The notes under the pieces are model-generated. The model made no database searches. It was not told the DNA's origin and saw nothing but the letters and a program-made list of their open reading frames with translations. This document shows positions 45,208-55,007 of a DNA stretch of 64,000 nucleotides, one piece after another; position 1 is the stretch's first letter; every line of letters begins with the position of its first letter. A program made the position numbers and the translations under genes. Source of the DNA: Candidatus Enterousia sp. (lineage in GTDB: Bacteria; Pseudomonadota; Alphaproteobacteria; Rs-D84). Location: positions 22,310-86,309 of the forward strand of contig JAZRLB010000013.1 in assembly GCA_045646625.1 (NCBI GenBank). The letters are read 5' to 3'.

Positions 45208-46554
45208 ATGCCACAAATTAAAAAAGTTTTAATCGCAAATCGTGGGGAAATCGCCCTGCGTATTATTCGTGCATGTCGCGATATGGGAATTCGTACAGTG
45301 GCGGTTTATTCAACCGTAGACCGCAACGCAATGCACGTACAACTGGCTGATGAGTCTGTGTGTATTGGACCGGCGGCGGCACGTGATTCTTATCTGAATG
45401 AATCTGCAATTCTGACGGCGGCACTGTTAACCAATTCTGACGCAATTCACCCAGGTTATGGTTTCTTGTCAGAACGTGCTGACTTTGCGCGCAAGGTTGA
45501 ACAACACGGTATGATTTGGGTCGGACCTTCGCCAGATATGATTGTTAAAATGGGTGACAAGGTTAATGCAAAGCGTACTGCAATTGAATGTGGTTTGCCC
45601 GTTGTGCCGGGGTCTGATGGGGCGGTAGAAACACTGGAAAGCGCATTGGATGTGGCTAAAAAAATCGGGTATCCAGTTATGTTAAAGGCGTCGGCCGGTG
45701 GTGGCGGACGCGGTATGCGACCTGTGAACAATGCAGATGAAATGGCAGAGGCTTTTCAACTGACCAAAAACGAAGCAAAATCTGCGTTCGGTGATGATAC
45801 ACTTTATATGGAAAAGTTATTAACGCATCCACGCCATATAGAATTCCAGGTTCTGGGCGACAAACACGGTAATGTCGTTATATTCGGTGAACGCGATTGT
45901 TCGCTGCAACGCCGTAATCAAAAGGTTATGGAAGAATGTCCGGCCGCAATTTTAACCCAAAAACAGCGCGACGATATGATTGAAATTTGCAAGTCTGCCG
46001 CAAAAAAAATGGGTTATACGAATGCTGGGACTTTTGAATTTATGTTCCAAGACGGCAAGTTTTATTTCCTGGAAATGAATACGCGTCTGCAGGTGGAACA
46101 TCCGGTCACAGAAATGGTGTATGGCGTTGATTTGGTTCGCGAACAAATTCGTGTGGCGGCAGGTGAAAAACTGGGGTACACACAGTCAAATGTTATTCCA
46201 AATGGACATGCAATTGAATTCCGTATCAATGCAGAAGATCCAGAAAACTTTATACCAAACCCAGGACAGATTACACTGTATGCGCCGTCGGGCGGTATGG
46301 GTGTGCGCGTGGACAGCGCGGTTTATACAGGATACACTATTCCGCCAACATATGATTCTATGATTGCAAAATTAATTGTGCACGCACAGAATCGACCGGC
46401 CTGTATTATGCGCGCATCACGTGCGTTGGATGAATTTGTTATCGAAGGTGTAAAAACAACTATTCCGTTGCAACAAAAATTGTTAAAAAACAAAGATGTT
46501 AAACAATTAAACTTTGATAATAAATGGTTGGAAAAATTCCTGAAAAATGATTAA
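45208..46554 (+). CDS. accC: acetyl-CoA carboxylase biotin carboxylase subunit
   Basis: KVLIANRGEIALRIIRAC, ATP-grasp GGGGRGMR and EMNTRLQVEHPVTE. Confidence 0.95.
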   Translation: MPQIKKVLIANRGEIALRIIRACRDMGIRTVAVYSTVDRNAMHVQLADESVCIGPAAARDSYLNESAILTAALLTNSDAIHPGYGFLSERADFARKVEQHGMIWVGPSPDMIVKMGDKVNAKRTAIECGLPVVPGSDGAVETLESALDVAKKIGYPVMLKASAGGGGRGMRPVNNADEMAEAFQLTKNEAKSAFGDDTLYMEKLLTHPRHIEFQVLGDKHGNVVIFGERDCSLQRRNQKVMEECPAAILTQKQRDDMIEICKSAAKKMGYTNAGTFEFMFQDGKFYFLEMNTRLQVEHPVTEMVYGVDLVREQIRVAAGEKLGYTQSNVIPNGHAIEFRINAEDPENFIPNPGQITLYAPSGGMGVRVDSAVYTGYTIPPTYDSMIAKLIVHAQNRPACIMRASRALDEFVIEGVKTTIPLQQKLLKNKDVKQLNFDNKWLEKFLKND

Positions 46555-46555
46555 G

Positions 46556-46585
46556 AAAACGCCGGCAAATGCCGGTGTTTTTATT
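46556..46585. terminator. bidirectional terminator (accC / uvrD)
   Basis: ACGCCGGC-AAAT-GCCGGTGT followed by TTTTTATT. Confidence 0.7.
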
Positions 46586-48635
46586 CAGATATTTTTACAA
46601 AATCACGGGCGACTTTTTTTATACCCCGCGTTTTGAATGCAATGGTTAAAATGACGCCTGAATCTTCGATCACAACGCCCGCACCCAGTTCAGAGTGCGA
46701 GACCAATTTACCAACCATCGATTTGGGGCGCGTAATTTTAGGCTTTTGTGGGGCCGGATTATAACTGTGCACGGGCGCATATGTGCGTGGTGTGCCACCC
46801 TGAAAATCCAGATAACGATTGTCCATTTCTGTGATAAAACGACTGGGCGAATTATAGGTGCGCGACCCAAACACAAATCTTGTCATTGCATTCGATATTA
46901 CACAGCGACGGCGTGCACGCGTAATCGCAACGTATGCCAGACGACGTTCTTCTTCGATTGCACCTTCGTTGATTGCTTTGTCGTTTGGGAACAGACCTTC
47001 TTCCCAGGCGGGCAGAAATACCGTATCGAATTCTAGGCCCTTGGCTGCATGAATTGTCATAATACTGACACAGTTTGTATTCTGGGGCGTATCATTGGCA
47101 TCGTTGTCATCGGTCATCATCAATGCAGCTTGTTCTAAAAATTCAGGCAAACTGTCGTATTTGGATATCACCGATGTCAACAGTTCACGGATATTTGTCA
47201 GACGCTCTGGCGCATCGGCATCACGGGATTCAGTCCACATTTTCATATAGCCCGTACGTTCCAACAATTCCCGGGCCGCGTCACGCGGGGCCATAGACGA
47301 CCAATCAAAATCAAACGCCGACAAGAATTCGTCTGCAGCCGCACGCAGTTTTGGTGCCAGTTTTGCGGCAGTTAATCCAGACATTAATGTACCACCCATC
47401 GAACGCAGATTTGCAATTGCTTTATCACCAAAACCACGACGCGGCTTTGTAATCACACGCAGAAACGACATATCGTCAAATGGATATACCAACAGACGCA
47501 GATATGCAATACAGTCGCGTATTTCCATACGGTCATAGAACTTGGTCGCACCAATCAATTTGTACGGTATGCCGCGTTGCGTAAATTCTTCTTCGAATAT
47601 GCGGGACAGACTGCCCGCGCGAATTAACAGGGCAAACTTTGTAAAATCAGTTGTGTTTTCACGAATAATCGCGTCGGCGATTATGCGTGCTTCGTCCCGG
47701 TCGGTGGGCAAGGTTAAAATATATACAGGCTCGCCCAAGTTTGTGGTGTTTTCTGCACGCAGGTCTTTGCCCAAGCGGCCCTGGTTATGACGTATCAATG
47801 AATTTGCAGCATTCAATATGTTCGAAGTACTGCGATAATTTGTTTCCAGGCGGATAATCTGGGCATTTGGAAATGTTTTTTCAAAATTCAAAATGTGTTT
47901 TATTTCCGCACCGCGCCACGAATAGATAGATTGATCATCATCGCCAACACAACAAATGTTTGGCGCATCCATACCGCGCGTTAGAAAACATAAAAATTCC
48001 ATCTGGGCGTTATTGGTGTCCTGAAATTCATCAACCAAGATATACTTAAATTGATTTTGATATCGCGACAGAATGTCTGGGTTTTTATCAAATAATTTCA
48101 ACACATACAAAATAATATCACCAAAATCCACCGCATTCAGACGCAACAATTCTGCGTTATATGCGTTGAATAATTTGTCCTGATTTTTTAATGCGATCAA
48201 CCCACGGTCCTTAATCGCGGAAAATTCTTCGACATAATCGCCAGGTGTTTTTGTGGATGATGTCAGTAATGATTTTACAACTGCCTTTTGGTCATCCTCG
48301 CCGTATATGATAAAGTCGCGACGCAATCCAACACGTTCTGCATTCGCACGCAATATACGCAAACACATTGAATGAAATGTACCACACCAGATATCGCCCG
48401 GATACCACACACCATTGGAAAATGATTCCAGACGTTTTTTCATTTCATTAGCAGCCTTGTTCGTAAAGGTCAGGGCCATAACCTGCCACGCCTGGGCCAG
48501 GTGATTATTCAATATATATGCAATTCTGGTGGTCAAAACACTGGTCTTGCCTGTACCTGCACCAGACAGTACCAACAGGGGACCGTCTGTTGTTTCGACG
48601 GCCAGACGCTGTTCTTTGTTAAGATTTTCTAGCAT
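46581..48635 (-). CDS. uvrD: ATP-dependent DNA helicase, UvrD/Rep/PcrA family
   Basis: Start at MLENLNKEQRLAV. Walker A SGAGTGKTS, motif II VDEFQDTN, and a C-terminal H..LG.G.V tail. The ORF-track N-terminal 146 aa overlap dnaQ and are rejected. Confidence 0.9.
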   Translation of the reverse strand: MLENLNKEQRLAVETTDGPLLVLSGAGTGKTSVLTTRIAYILNNHLAQAWQVMALTFTNKAANEMKKRLESFSNGVWYPGDIWCGTFHSMCLRILRANAERVGLRRDFIIYGEDDQKAVVKSLLTSSTKTPGDYVEEFSAIKDRGLIALKNQDKLFNAYNAELLRLNAVDFGDIILYVLKLFDKNPDILSRYQNQFKYILVDEFQDTNNAQMEFLCFLTRGMDAPNICCVGDDDQSIYSWRGAEIKHILNFEKTFPNAQIIRLETNYRSTSNILNAANSLIRHNQGRLGKDLRAENTTNLGEPVYILTLPTDRDEARIIADAIIRENTTDFTKFALLIRAGSLSRIFEEEFTQRGIPYKLIGATKFYDRMEIRDCIAYLRLLVYPFDDMSFLRVITKPRRGFGDKAIANLRSMGGTLMSGLTAAKLAPKLRAAADEFLSAFDFDWSSMAPRDAARELLERTGYMKMWTESRDADAPERLTNIRELLTSVISKYDSLPEFLEQAALMMTDDNDANDTPQNTNCVSIMTIHAAKGLEFDTVFLPAWEEGLFPNDKAINEGAIEEERRLAYVAITRARRRCVISNAMTRFVFGSRTYNSPSRFITEMDNRYLDFQGGTPRTYAPVHSYNPAPQKPKITRPKSMVGKLVSHSELGAGVVIEDSGVILTIAFKTRGIKKVARDFVKISE

Positions 48636-48693
48636 TGATTCCACCTTTGCATTATAATACCCACAACAATTATTATCAAGAGTGGGATTTATT

Positions 48694-49371
48694 ATGAAAC
48701 GCGTTATTTGCTTTGATATTGAAACAACTGGGTTTGAATTTATGCGCGGTGACCGCATTATTGAAATCGGCGCGGTAGAGGTAATAGACGGTAAAATTAC
48801 CGATAATAATTTCCACGAATATATCAATCCAGAAGGTAAAATTATTCCACCTGATACATATATGGTGCACAAGATTTCAAATGCATTTCTGGAAGACAAA
48901 CCAAAAATGAGTGAGATTGCACCACGCTTTCTGGAATATATCGGCGACAGTCCAATTGTTGCACATAATGGGTTGGACTTTGACTTTCCATTTGTGAATT
49001 TTGAATTAAAGAAATTGGGATTGAATCCAATTCCACGTGAACAAATGATGGATACACTGGTTATCGCGCGCAATCGTGTGTTTGGACCAAAAAGTTATAC
49101 GTTGGATGCGTTGGCAAAGTGGTATGGAATATCACTGACGGCGCGTGCAGATGCGCACGGGGCATTAATCGACTCGGAAATTCTGGCCAAGGTTTATTTA
49201 GAATTGGAAAATACTGCGCCTGCACCAGACGTGTCAGAAATTATTGAAAAACAGCACGCTGCAATGTTGGCACATCCCAAGGTTGGTGGGGGGTTCCCGT
49301 ACAGAAAATTTGAAGTGCCCGCAGCAGATTTGGAAAATCACAGGGCTTTTATGGAAAAAATTAACAAATAA
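48694..49371 (+). CDS. dnaQ: DNA polymerase III epsilon subunit (3'-5' exonuclease)
   Basis: DEDDh motifs: ICFDIETTG (ExoI), VAHNGLDFDFPF (ExoII), HGALIDSEILAKVY (ExoIII). Confidence 0.88.
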   Translation: MKRVICFDIETTGFEFMRGDRIIEIGAVEVIDGKITDNNFHEYINPEGKIIPPDTYMVHKISNAFLEDKPKMSEIAPRFLEYIGDSPIVAHNGLDFDFPFVNFELKKLGLNPIPREQMMDTLVIARNRVFGPKSYTLDALAKWYGISLTARADAHGALIDSEILAKVYLELENTAPAPDVSEIIEKQHAAMLAHPKVGGGFPYRKFEVPAADLENHRAFMEKINK

Positions 49372-49400
49372 AAAAAACCGCCAACCGGCGGTTTATTTTT
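49372..49400. terminator. bidirectional terminator (dnaQ / macA-like)
   Basis: AACCGCC-AACC-GGCGGTT flanked by A8 and TATTTTT. Confidence 0.75.
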
Positions 49401-50601
49401 ACATTCGCGGACCACGCATTGGACGCATCTGTTGTGACGGATTTGTGGACGCCATACCAACGCGACCAACAATGATTTTGTCGCCCATTTGGATTTCTTC
49501 GGAAATAACCTCTGTTTCAGTGGCAGTGGTCAAACCCTTGCTGAATGGAATCAAGATAACGTTGCCATCACGCAATATGGCAATGTGTGATACAGGGGTT
49601 GCACCGTTGATTATTTCTGAATCTAAAAAGTTTGAAAAACTGCGTACCAAAAATGCAGAATTTGCCGCACGCCATACATTTTGTTTTTCTGATATGATAA
49701 TCGTGACAAATGCGGTCATTCCAGGCATCAGACGCAATTGTGAATTATCAACATCAATTACAACTGTATAAACAACCACATTTGATGTCGTTGTCGGAGA
49801 CAGACGGATTTGGCGAACAGTGCCTTCAAATGTTTCCGACGGATATGCGTCAACTGTAAATGTGACAGATTGGCCTTCTTTGATGACACCTATGTCCGCC
49901 TCGGATACGGCGGTTTCAATTTGCATTTTTGTTAAGTCTTCGGCAATTTCAAACAAGTCAGGTGTTTGGAATGATGCCGCAACCGTTTGACCAATATCAA
50001 CTTTGCGTGAAATTACAGTACCGTCAACCGGGGAAACAATTGTTGCATACCCAAGGTTTGTTACCGCGCGGTCGTATGTAGATTGAGCACGTTTTACAGA
50101 CTGTTCAGATTGTTCGTATTGTGTTTGAGATTGTTCCATTTCAGCACGTGAAATAAAACCTTCGCTGTACAAGGTTTTATTGCGTTCGTATTCACTTTTT
50201 GCAAAGTTGCGCTGGGACATTGCACTGTCCAGTGATGCTTTGGACTCGTCAACGGTCGCCTGTAATACAGATGGTTCAATAGTCAAAAGAATATCGCCTT
50301 TTTTAACCTTGGTATTAAAGTCAACATACAGATTGTCAATTGTACCAGATACCTGGGAACCAACGTTTACAGTGTTAACTGGACGTATTTCGCCGGTGGC
50401 GGTCACAACCTGGCGCAGATCACCACGTGTAATATTCATTGTAATAAATTCACCAGGCTTTTTAGTTTTTTCTGCAAATATATACCACGCGCCAACCGAA
50501 ACCAGCGTAATCATTAACAACCACCACTTTTTACGCCACAGCCAACCAAATGCACGACGCAGAAATGATTTTTTTTCAAGCTGGGTTTTAGTTTTCTTCA
50601 T
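49399..50601 (-). CDS. efflux periplasmic adaptor subunit (HlyD/MacA-like membrane fusion protein)
   Basis: N-terminal TM anchor. Lipoyl/hairpin/beta-barrel pattern (TGEIRPVNTVNVGSQVSGTI...GDILLTIEP...TIVSPVDGTVISR). Confidence 0.85.
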   Translation of the reverse strand: MKKTKTQLEKKSFLRRAFGWLWRKKWWLLMITLVSVGAWYIFAEKTKKPGEFITMNITRGDLRQVVTATGEIRPVNTVNVGSQVSGTIDNLYVDFNTKVKKGDILLTIEPSVLQATVDESKASLDSAMSQRNFAKSEYERNKTLYSEGFISRAEMEQSQTQYEQSEQSVKRAQSTYDRAVTNLGYATIVSPVDGTVISRKVDIGQTVAASFQTPDLFEIAEDLTKMQIETAVSEADIGVIKEGQSVTFTVDAYPSETFEGTVRQIRLSPTTTSNVVVYTVVIDVDNSQLRLMPGMTAFVTIIISEKQNVWRAANSAFLVRSFSNFLDSEIINGATPVSHIAILRDGNVILIPFSKGLTTATETEVISEEIQMGDKIIVGRVGMASTNPSQQMRPMRGPRM

Positions 50602-51925
50602 TTTCGTTTCCTTTGTCTAGTTCTGATTTTATTTCACCAACCGCCAATGCTACTGCAGCACGCTTGGTAAACAAATCATATCTTGCCGCGTTGTTTTGTT
50701 TTTTCGCACTTAATAATTCAGACTGGGCGGTTTGCCAATCCAACATTGTCGCACGACCAACACGGTACATTCCCGCCGTCACGCGTTCTGATTCAGTCGC
50801 AGATTTTAACAATGTTTCCGTTTGTTTTAATACAGTCTGGGCAGTTTTGTAATTATGATATGCGGTAAATATATCCAGTGCTGCATTGTCGTTTGTTTGA
50901 CGTTCCTGTTCAACCGCACGTTCATAGTTAGCAGATGCTGCACGTGCATTGTACAGGTTTGCAAAACCCGCAAACAGTGGCATTGAAGCACGGATTCCAA
51001 TACTGCCACTGATGTTATCAGACCCCGCACCAAATGTTTCAGATGGGGTATCATTCCATGATAGTGAACCAGATGCAGATATAGATGGCAGATTACTTAG
51101 AAATACACTGTTGCGGCGATGCCAGGCAGCGTCTTTATTCGCCGTTGCACGCAATAAATCAGGGCGTGTTTTTTGTGCCTGGACAAACAGTTCATCCAAT
51201 GACTTGGTTTCTTGGGGGCTGCCGATTTCAGATGGCAGGTCCGCAATTTTTATTTCCTGGTTGGCAGAAAATGACAACTTGCTAAGCAATGTTCCCTTGG
51301 CAATTTCGCGATTGTTTTTTGCACGTTCTAAGTCCAAATCACGACTGGCCAACGTGGTGTCCGCCTTTAGTACATCAGCCTTGGCGACGGAACCGGCCTG
51401 GAATTTCTTTTGTGCGGTGTCACGTGCAGTTTTTGCAACGTCGCGCAGCATCTGGGCTGATTCTACGTCGGCATCCGCATTTAACAGAGAATAATAAGAA
51501 CCAATCAGGCCATAGACATAGTTTTGTACACTGTCATCATAATCAAAGCCAGCCGCACGCCACGCATAGATAGACTGTTTTACATCTGAAAAACGTTTAC
51601 CAAAATCAAATAGTAAATACGATGCCGACAGTGATACGCCATACGACCAATCACCCCATTGTGAATTTCTGTACGGCAAAGACGCATTCGCAGATGCGTT
51701 TAGTTTTGGCAAATAATCAGCATAGCCTGCATTTTTAGAAAAACGCGCCGATTCATACGCAAGGTACGAAGCCGCAGTCTGAGGATTTCGACATAGTCCC
51801 AGTTCGATTATCTGGGGCAGAGTCAATTCGCCCGCAGGAACATCCGTGCGTGTCATACAATCGTCTGTTGATGCAAACGCAGAAAATGGCGCCAAAACCA
51901 GCAGGATAAGTGACAGTTTTTTCAT
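50588..51925 (-). CDS. tolC: TolC-family outer membrane efflux protein
   Basis: Signal peptide LAPFSAFAST and a two-fold repeated OEP helical/barrel pattern. 14-nt overlap with the adaptor gene. Confidence 0.85.
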   Translation of the reverse strand: MKKLSLILLVLAPFSAFASTDDCMTRTDVPAGELTLPQIIELGLCRNPQTAASYLAYESARFSKNAGYADYLPKLNASANASLPYRNSQWGDWSYGVSLSASYLLFDFGKRFSDVKQSIYAWRAAGFDYDDSVQNYVYGLIGSYYSLLNADADVESAQMLRDVAKTARDTAQKKFQAGSVAKADVLKADTTLASRDLDLERAKNNREIAKGTLLSKLSFSANQEIKIADLPSEIGSPQETKSLDELFVQAQKTRPDLLRATANKDAAWHRRNSVFLSNLPSISASGSLSWNDTPSETFGAGSDNISGSIGIRASMPLFAGFANLYNARAASANYERAVEQERQTNDNAALDIFTAYHNYKTAQTVLKQTETLLKSATESERVTAGMYRVGRATMLDWQTAQSELLSAKKQNNAARYDLFTKRAAVALAVGEIKSELDKGNENEEN

Positions 51926-52020
51926 AAAAATTCTCTCTCGTTAGTAATAATATTTTAAATTATACAATTTTTATGTTGAATTACAATTTTTTTTTGCTTA
52001 ATATGAACAAGCAAAGTTTA

Positions 52021-52094
52021 GGCCTGGTGGCAGAGTGGTTATGCAGAGGACTGCAAATCCTTGGATGCCGGTTCGATTCCGACCCAGGCCTCCA
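52021..52094 (+). tRNA. tRNA-Cys (anticodon GCA)
   Basis: GGCCTGG acceptor, anticodon loop CTGCAAA, GTTCGATTCC T-arm, encoded CCA. Confidence 0.9.
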
Positions 52095-52096
52095 CT

Positions 52097-52129
52097 AAAA
52101 AAACACCCCGTGCGGGTGATTTTTTTTTA
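52097..52129 (+). terminator. terminator after tRNA-Cys
   Basis: CACCC-CGTGC-GGGTG followed by a T9 run. Confidence 0.7.
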
Positions 52130-52192
52130 TGTTTTAAATGTTGACAAATTATAATAATGTGATATCTTGGATACGTAAAAAAGGGTTTATAT

Positions 52193-52663
52193 ATGAGCAA
52201 AAACTATTCAAAGCAAGATATTGAAAAATTCTTTTACGATACAGTCAGTAAATGTTCAGACGTCCCGGTGACAGAATTGAAAGCTCAGGCAAATTCCGAC
52301 GTTTTTTTAGGTTCTGTGGCAGGATATGATTCGCTGGACGTAATAGAATTGGCAACAGAAATTGAAAATAAATTTGATTGCAGATTTAGTGATAAAGATG
52401 TGGCCTATATGGAAAAAATGTCTGCCAATCAAATTCTGGAAGATTTATATATGCGTTTTGCGTCAGATTTGACAAAGAAAAATCTGAAGGCAGTGACCGT
52501 AAATCCATTCAGTGGTATGCGTGTAAAAAAAGACGGTGTGCCTTTCTGTAAATTAACAGAACAGCCCTGTACAAAAATAATTGACACAGCAGTAAGAACA
52601 AAATCAACTGCGTGCGATGTAGCAAAGTGCGTGCTGTATAAAAATTTTGTGAAATATCGTTAA
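52193..52663 (+). CDS. acyl/peptidyl carrier protein-like domain fused to a Cys4 C-terminal extension
   Basis: GYDSLDVIELATEIENKF matches the phosphopantetheine-attachment DSL motif. The C-terminal 65 aa carry C-x8-C ... C-x4-C. Confidence 0.6.
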   Translation: MSKNYSKQDIEKFFYDTVSKCSDVPVTELKAQANSDVFLGSVAGYDSLDVIELATEIENKFDCRFSDKDVAYMEKMSANQILEDLYMRFASDLTKKNLKAVTVNPFSGMRVKKDGVPFCKLTEQPCTKIIDTAVRTKSTACDVAKCVLYKNFVKYR

Positions 52664-52693
52664 AAAAATTCCCGCCATACGGCGGGTTTTTTA
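52664..52693. terminator. bidirectional terminator (ACP-like / pheT)
   Basis: CCCGCC-ATAC-GGCGGG flanked by A7 and T6. Confidence 0.75.
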
Positions 52694-54994
52694 TTTATCA
52701 CGTATTTGTGCATTACACTTTTTTTCAACCGAACTTATAACAGCATTCTGCAACGCCATTAAGTCTGCGTCAGACATATTTTCCGTTGGCTGAATTGTGA
52801 TTGTAAATGCAATCGATTTTTTACCGTCTGACAATTCAAACGCGTCAAAGACAACAACGTCTGTGATACGATTGTCAGCCGCACGGGCGGTGGCGGTCAA
52901 TTTTTCTGCCATTGTGTCCGTATCAACTATAAACGCAAAATCACGTTTTATTGGCTGAAAATCAGACAGAACAGGAGACACACCACGACGACGCGCCGGC
53001 AGGTTTTTAACATCGTCTACAATTGCGATAACTGTGTTTGTTTTTATACGCAGTTTTTTCGCAACCGATGGATGCAATTCACCAAATTCTGCGATTTTCT
53101 TTTTACCCTGCATCAGCGCCGCATAGCGATATGGATGTGCCCAAAGCGGTGCGTTATCAGTCGTAATCGTAAAACGCTGGCCCTGCATCAATGCAATCAG
53201 ATCTGATTTGATATCATATACATCAACGTTGCGATTGCGCGACGCCCAATGCCGTGGTGATGTTGTGCCGGTACGAACAATACACAAAGATGTGTGTTGT
53301 TCACCTGGCATATCACCATCAAACACAGTGCCTAATTCAAACAAATTCAGGTCTGGATATCCACGCTTTTCATTATTAGATACCGCCGTCAATAATCCCC
53401 CCAACAGACCATTGCGCATCGTGTCATAGTCCGATGTGATTGGGTTGGAAATTTTTACATTTGATTTGTCTGATAACAACTGTTCGGTTGCAAAATTACC
53501 AAAACCAAATGAACGGCATTCGTTTAATCCACGTGACGCTAATAATGTCTTAATATCCATTTCGTGTGTATCGTGCGGACGCGCGTCGCCAACAGTATGC
53601 GCCGCAGATGTCGCTATTTTTTCATAGCCATAGATACGGATTAAATCTGCAACAACTGTTTCTGGGATTTCAACATCTACGCGGGATGCATGTGGCGTTA
53701 ATGTCCAATTATCACCAGATGTTTTGATTTTATATCCCAGGCGCGTCAAGATTTCACGTTGCGTATCTGCATCAATATCAAAGCCTGTCTTTTTCTTGAA
53801 ATAAGAAGGTGTGTATTTAATATTAACTTCTGGTGCTGCGTCTGTGCCGGCCGCATACGCACAAACAATCGTACCACCACAAGATGACATAATTATGTCC
53901 GCAGCGCACATCGCCGCAGCGCCCGTTATTGTTGGGTCAATGCCGCGTTCATATCTGTATGACGCATCGGTCGAGATGCCCAATCTTTTCGCAGTTTTAC
54001 GGACGGATACCGGATCAAAGTATGCAGATTCCAGAATGATATTTTTTGTTTTGTCTGTTGTCGAGCCACGTGCACCACCAATTACGCCCGCCAATGCTAA
54101 TATGCCGGACGCGTCCGCGATAACCATATCATTTTCAGACAATTCGTGAACGTTGCCAAACAGATCTGTGAATTTTTCGCCGGCATATGCATTGCGAACA
54201 ATAATGTCACCATTGATTTCGTCCGCGTCAAAACAATGCATAGGCTGCGCCATATCATAACAAATATAGTTCGTAGCATCAATCGGGGCATTTTTTGGAT
54301 TGATTCCAATTGCCGCCAGACGTGATGCAATTTTCTTATTACTGGGGGCAATATTTACATCGTGGATTTCAATCATTTTATATGCACGGCATTTTTCAGT
54401 TTCCAGTTTTACAGCGCGCGCACCCGAAACAGATTTGAACGCGATGTCTTTTGGTGCAATATATTCACCAAGACCCGCCGCAGATAAATCACGCGCAATA
54501 CCGCGTACAGATAAATAATCTGGACGGTTTGGGGTAATACCTGCATCAAAGACAGTTTTTGCATCAACAACCGGTGTACCAATTTTGGTATCAGCCGGTA
54601 ATTCAATAATACCACTGTGGTCGTCACCAATACCCAATTCACGCGCAGAACACATCATACCGTTTGATACAACACCACGCAATTTGCCCGATGTAATTTC
54701 ATGACCGTCAATTACACACCCCGGCACCGCCAACGCGGAAACCAAGCCCACGCGTGCATTCGGCGCACCACACACAACCTGACGCAGGGTACCTGTGCCA
54801 TCATCAACCATCAGTACGTGTAAATGGTCGCTGTTTTCGTGTGGTTTGCATTCCACAATTTTTGCTGCAATTGGTGGAACAGGGGATTGCAGGTCTTCTA
54901 CCTCTAGCCCTATGCGGGTCAGAGTGTCGGCAACCGTGGATGCGTCCGAGTCCGTTTTCAAATATTCAATTAACCAATCATATGTCCATTTCAT
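52691..54994 (-). CDS. pheT: phenylalanine--tRNA ligase beta subunit
   Basis: 767 aa. N-terminal tRNA-binding domain (VVCGAPNARVG...MMCSARELG), B3/4, B5 and FDX-ACB regions. Adjacent to pheS. Confidence 0.93.
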   Translation of the reverse strand: MKWTYDWLIEYLKTDSDASTVADTLTRIGLEVEDLQSPVPPIAAKIVECKPHENSDHLHVLMVDDGTGTLRQVVCGAPNARVGLVSALAVPGCVIDGHEITSGKLRGVVSNGMMCSARELGIGDDHSGIIELPADTKIGTPVVDAKTVFDAGITPNRPDYLSVRGIARDLSAAGLGEYIAPKDIAFKSVSGARAVKLETEKCRAYKMIEIHDVNIAPSNKKIASRLAAIGINPKNAPIDATNYICYDMAQPMHCFDADEINGDIIVRNAYAGEKFTDLFGNVHELSENDMVIADASGILALAGVIGGARGSTTDKTKNIILESAYFDPVSVRKTAKRLGISTDASYRYERGIDPTITGAAAMCAADIIMSSCGGTIVCAYAAGTDAAPEVNIKYTPSYFKKKTGFDIDADTQREILTRLGYKIKTSGDNWTLTPHASRVDVEIPETVVADLIRIYGYEKIATSAAHTVGDARPHDTHEMDIKTLLASRGLNECRSFGFGNFATEQLLSDKSNVKISNPITSDYDTMRNGLLGGLLTAVSNNEKRGYPDLNLFELGTVFDGDMPGEQHTSLCIVRTGTTSPRHWASRNRNVDVYDIKSDLIALMQGQRFTITTDNAPLWAHPYRYAALMQGKKKIAEFGELHPSVAKKLRIKTNTVIAIVDDVKNLPARRRGVSPVLSDFQPIKRDFAFIVDTDTMAEKLTATARAADNRITDVVVFDAFELSDGKKSIAFTITIQPTENMSDADLMALQNAVISSVEKKCNAQIRDK

Positions 54995-55007
54995 TTTTGC
55001 CCCCGTA

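Noticed and set aside
48636-49073. N-terminal 146-aa extension of the helicase ORF in the six-frame track.
   Set aside because: It is low-complexity, non-helicase-like sequence and it overlaps the well-supported dnaQ gene on the opposite strand. The conserved UvrD N-terminus starts at MLENLNKEQRLAV (48635).
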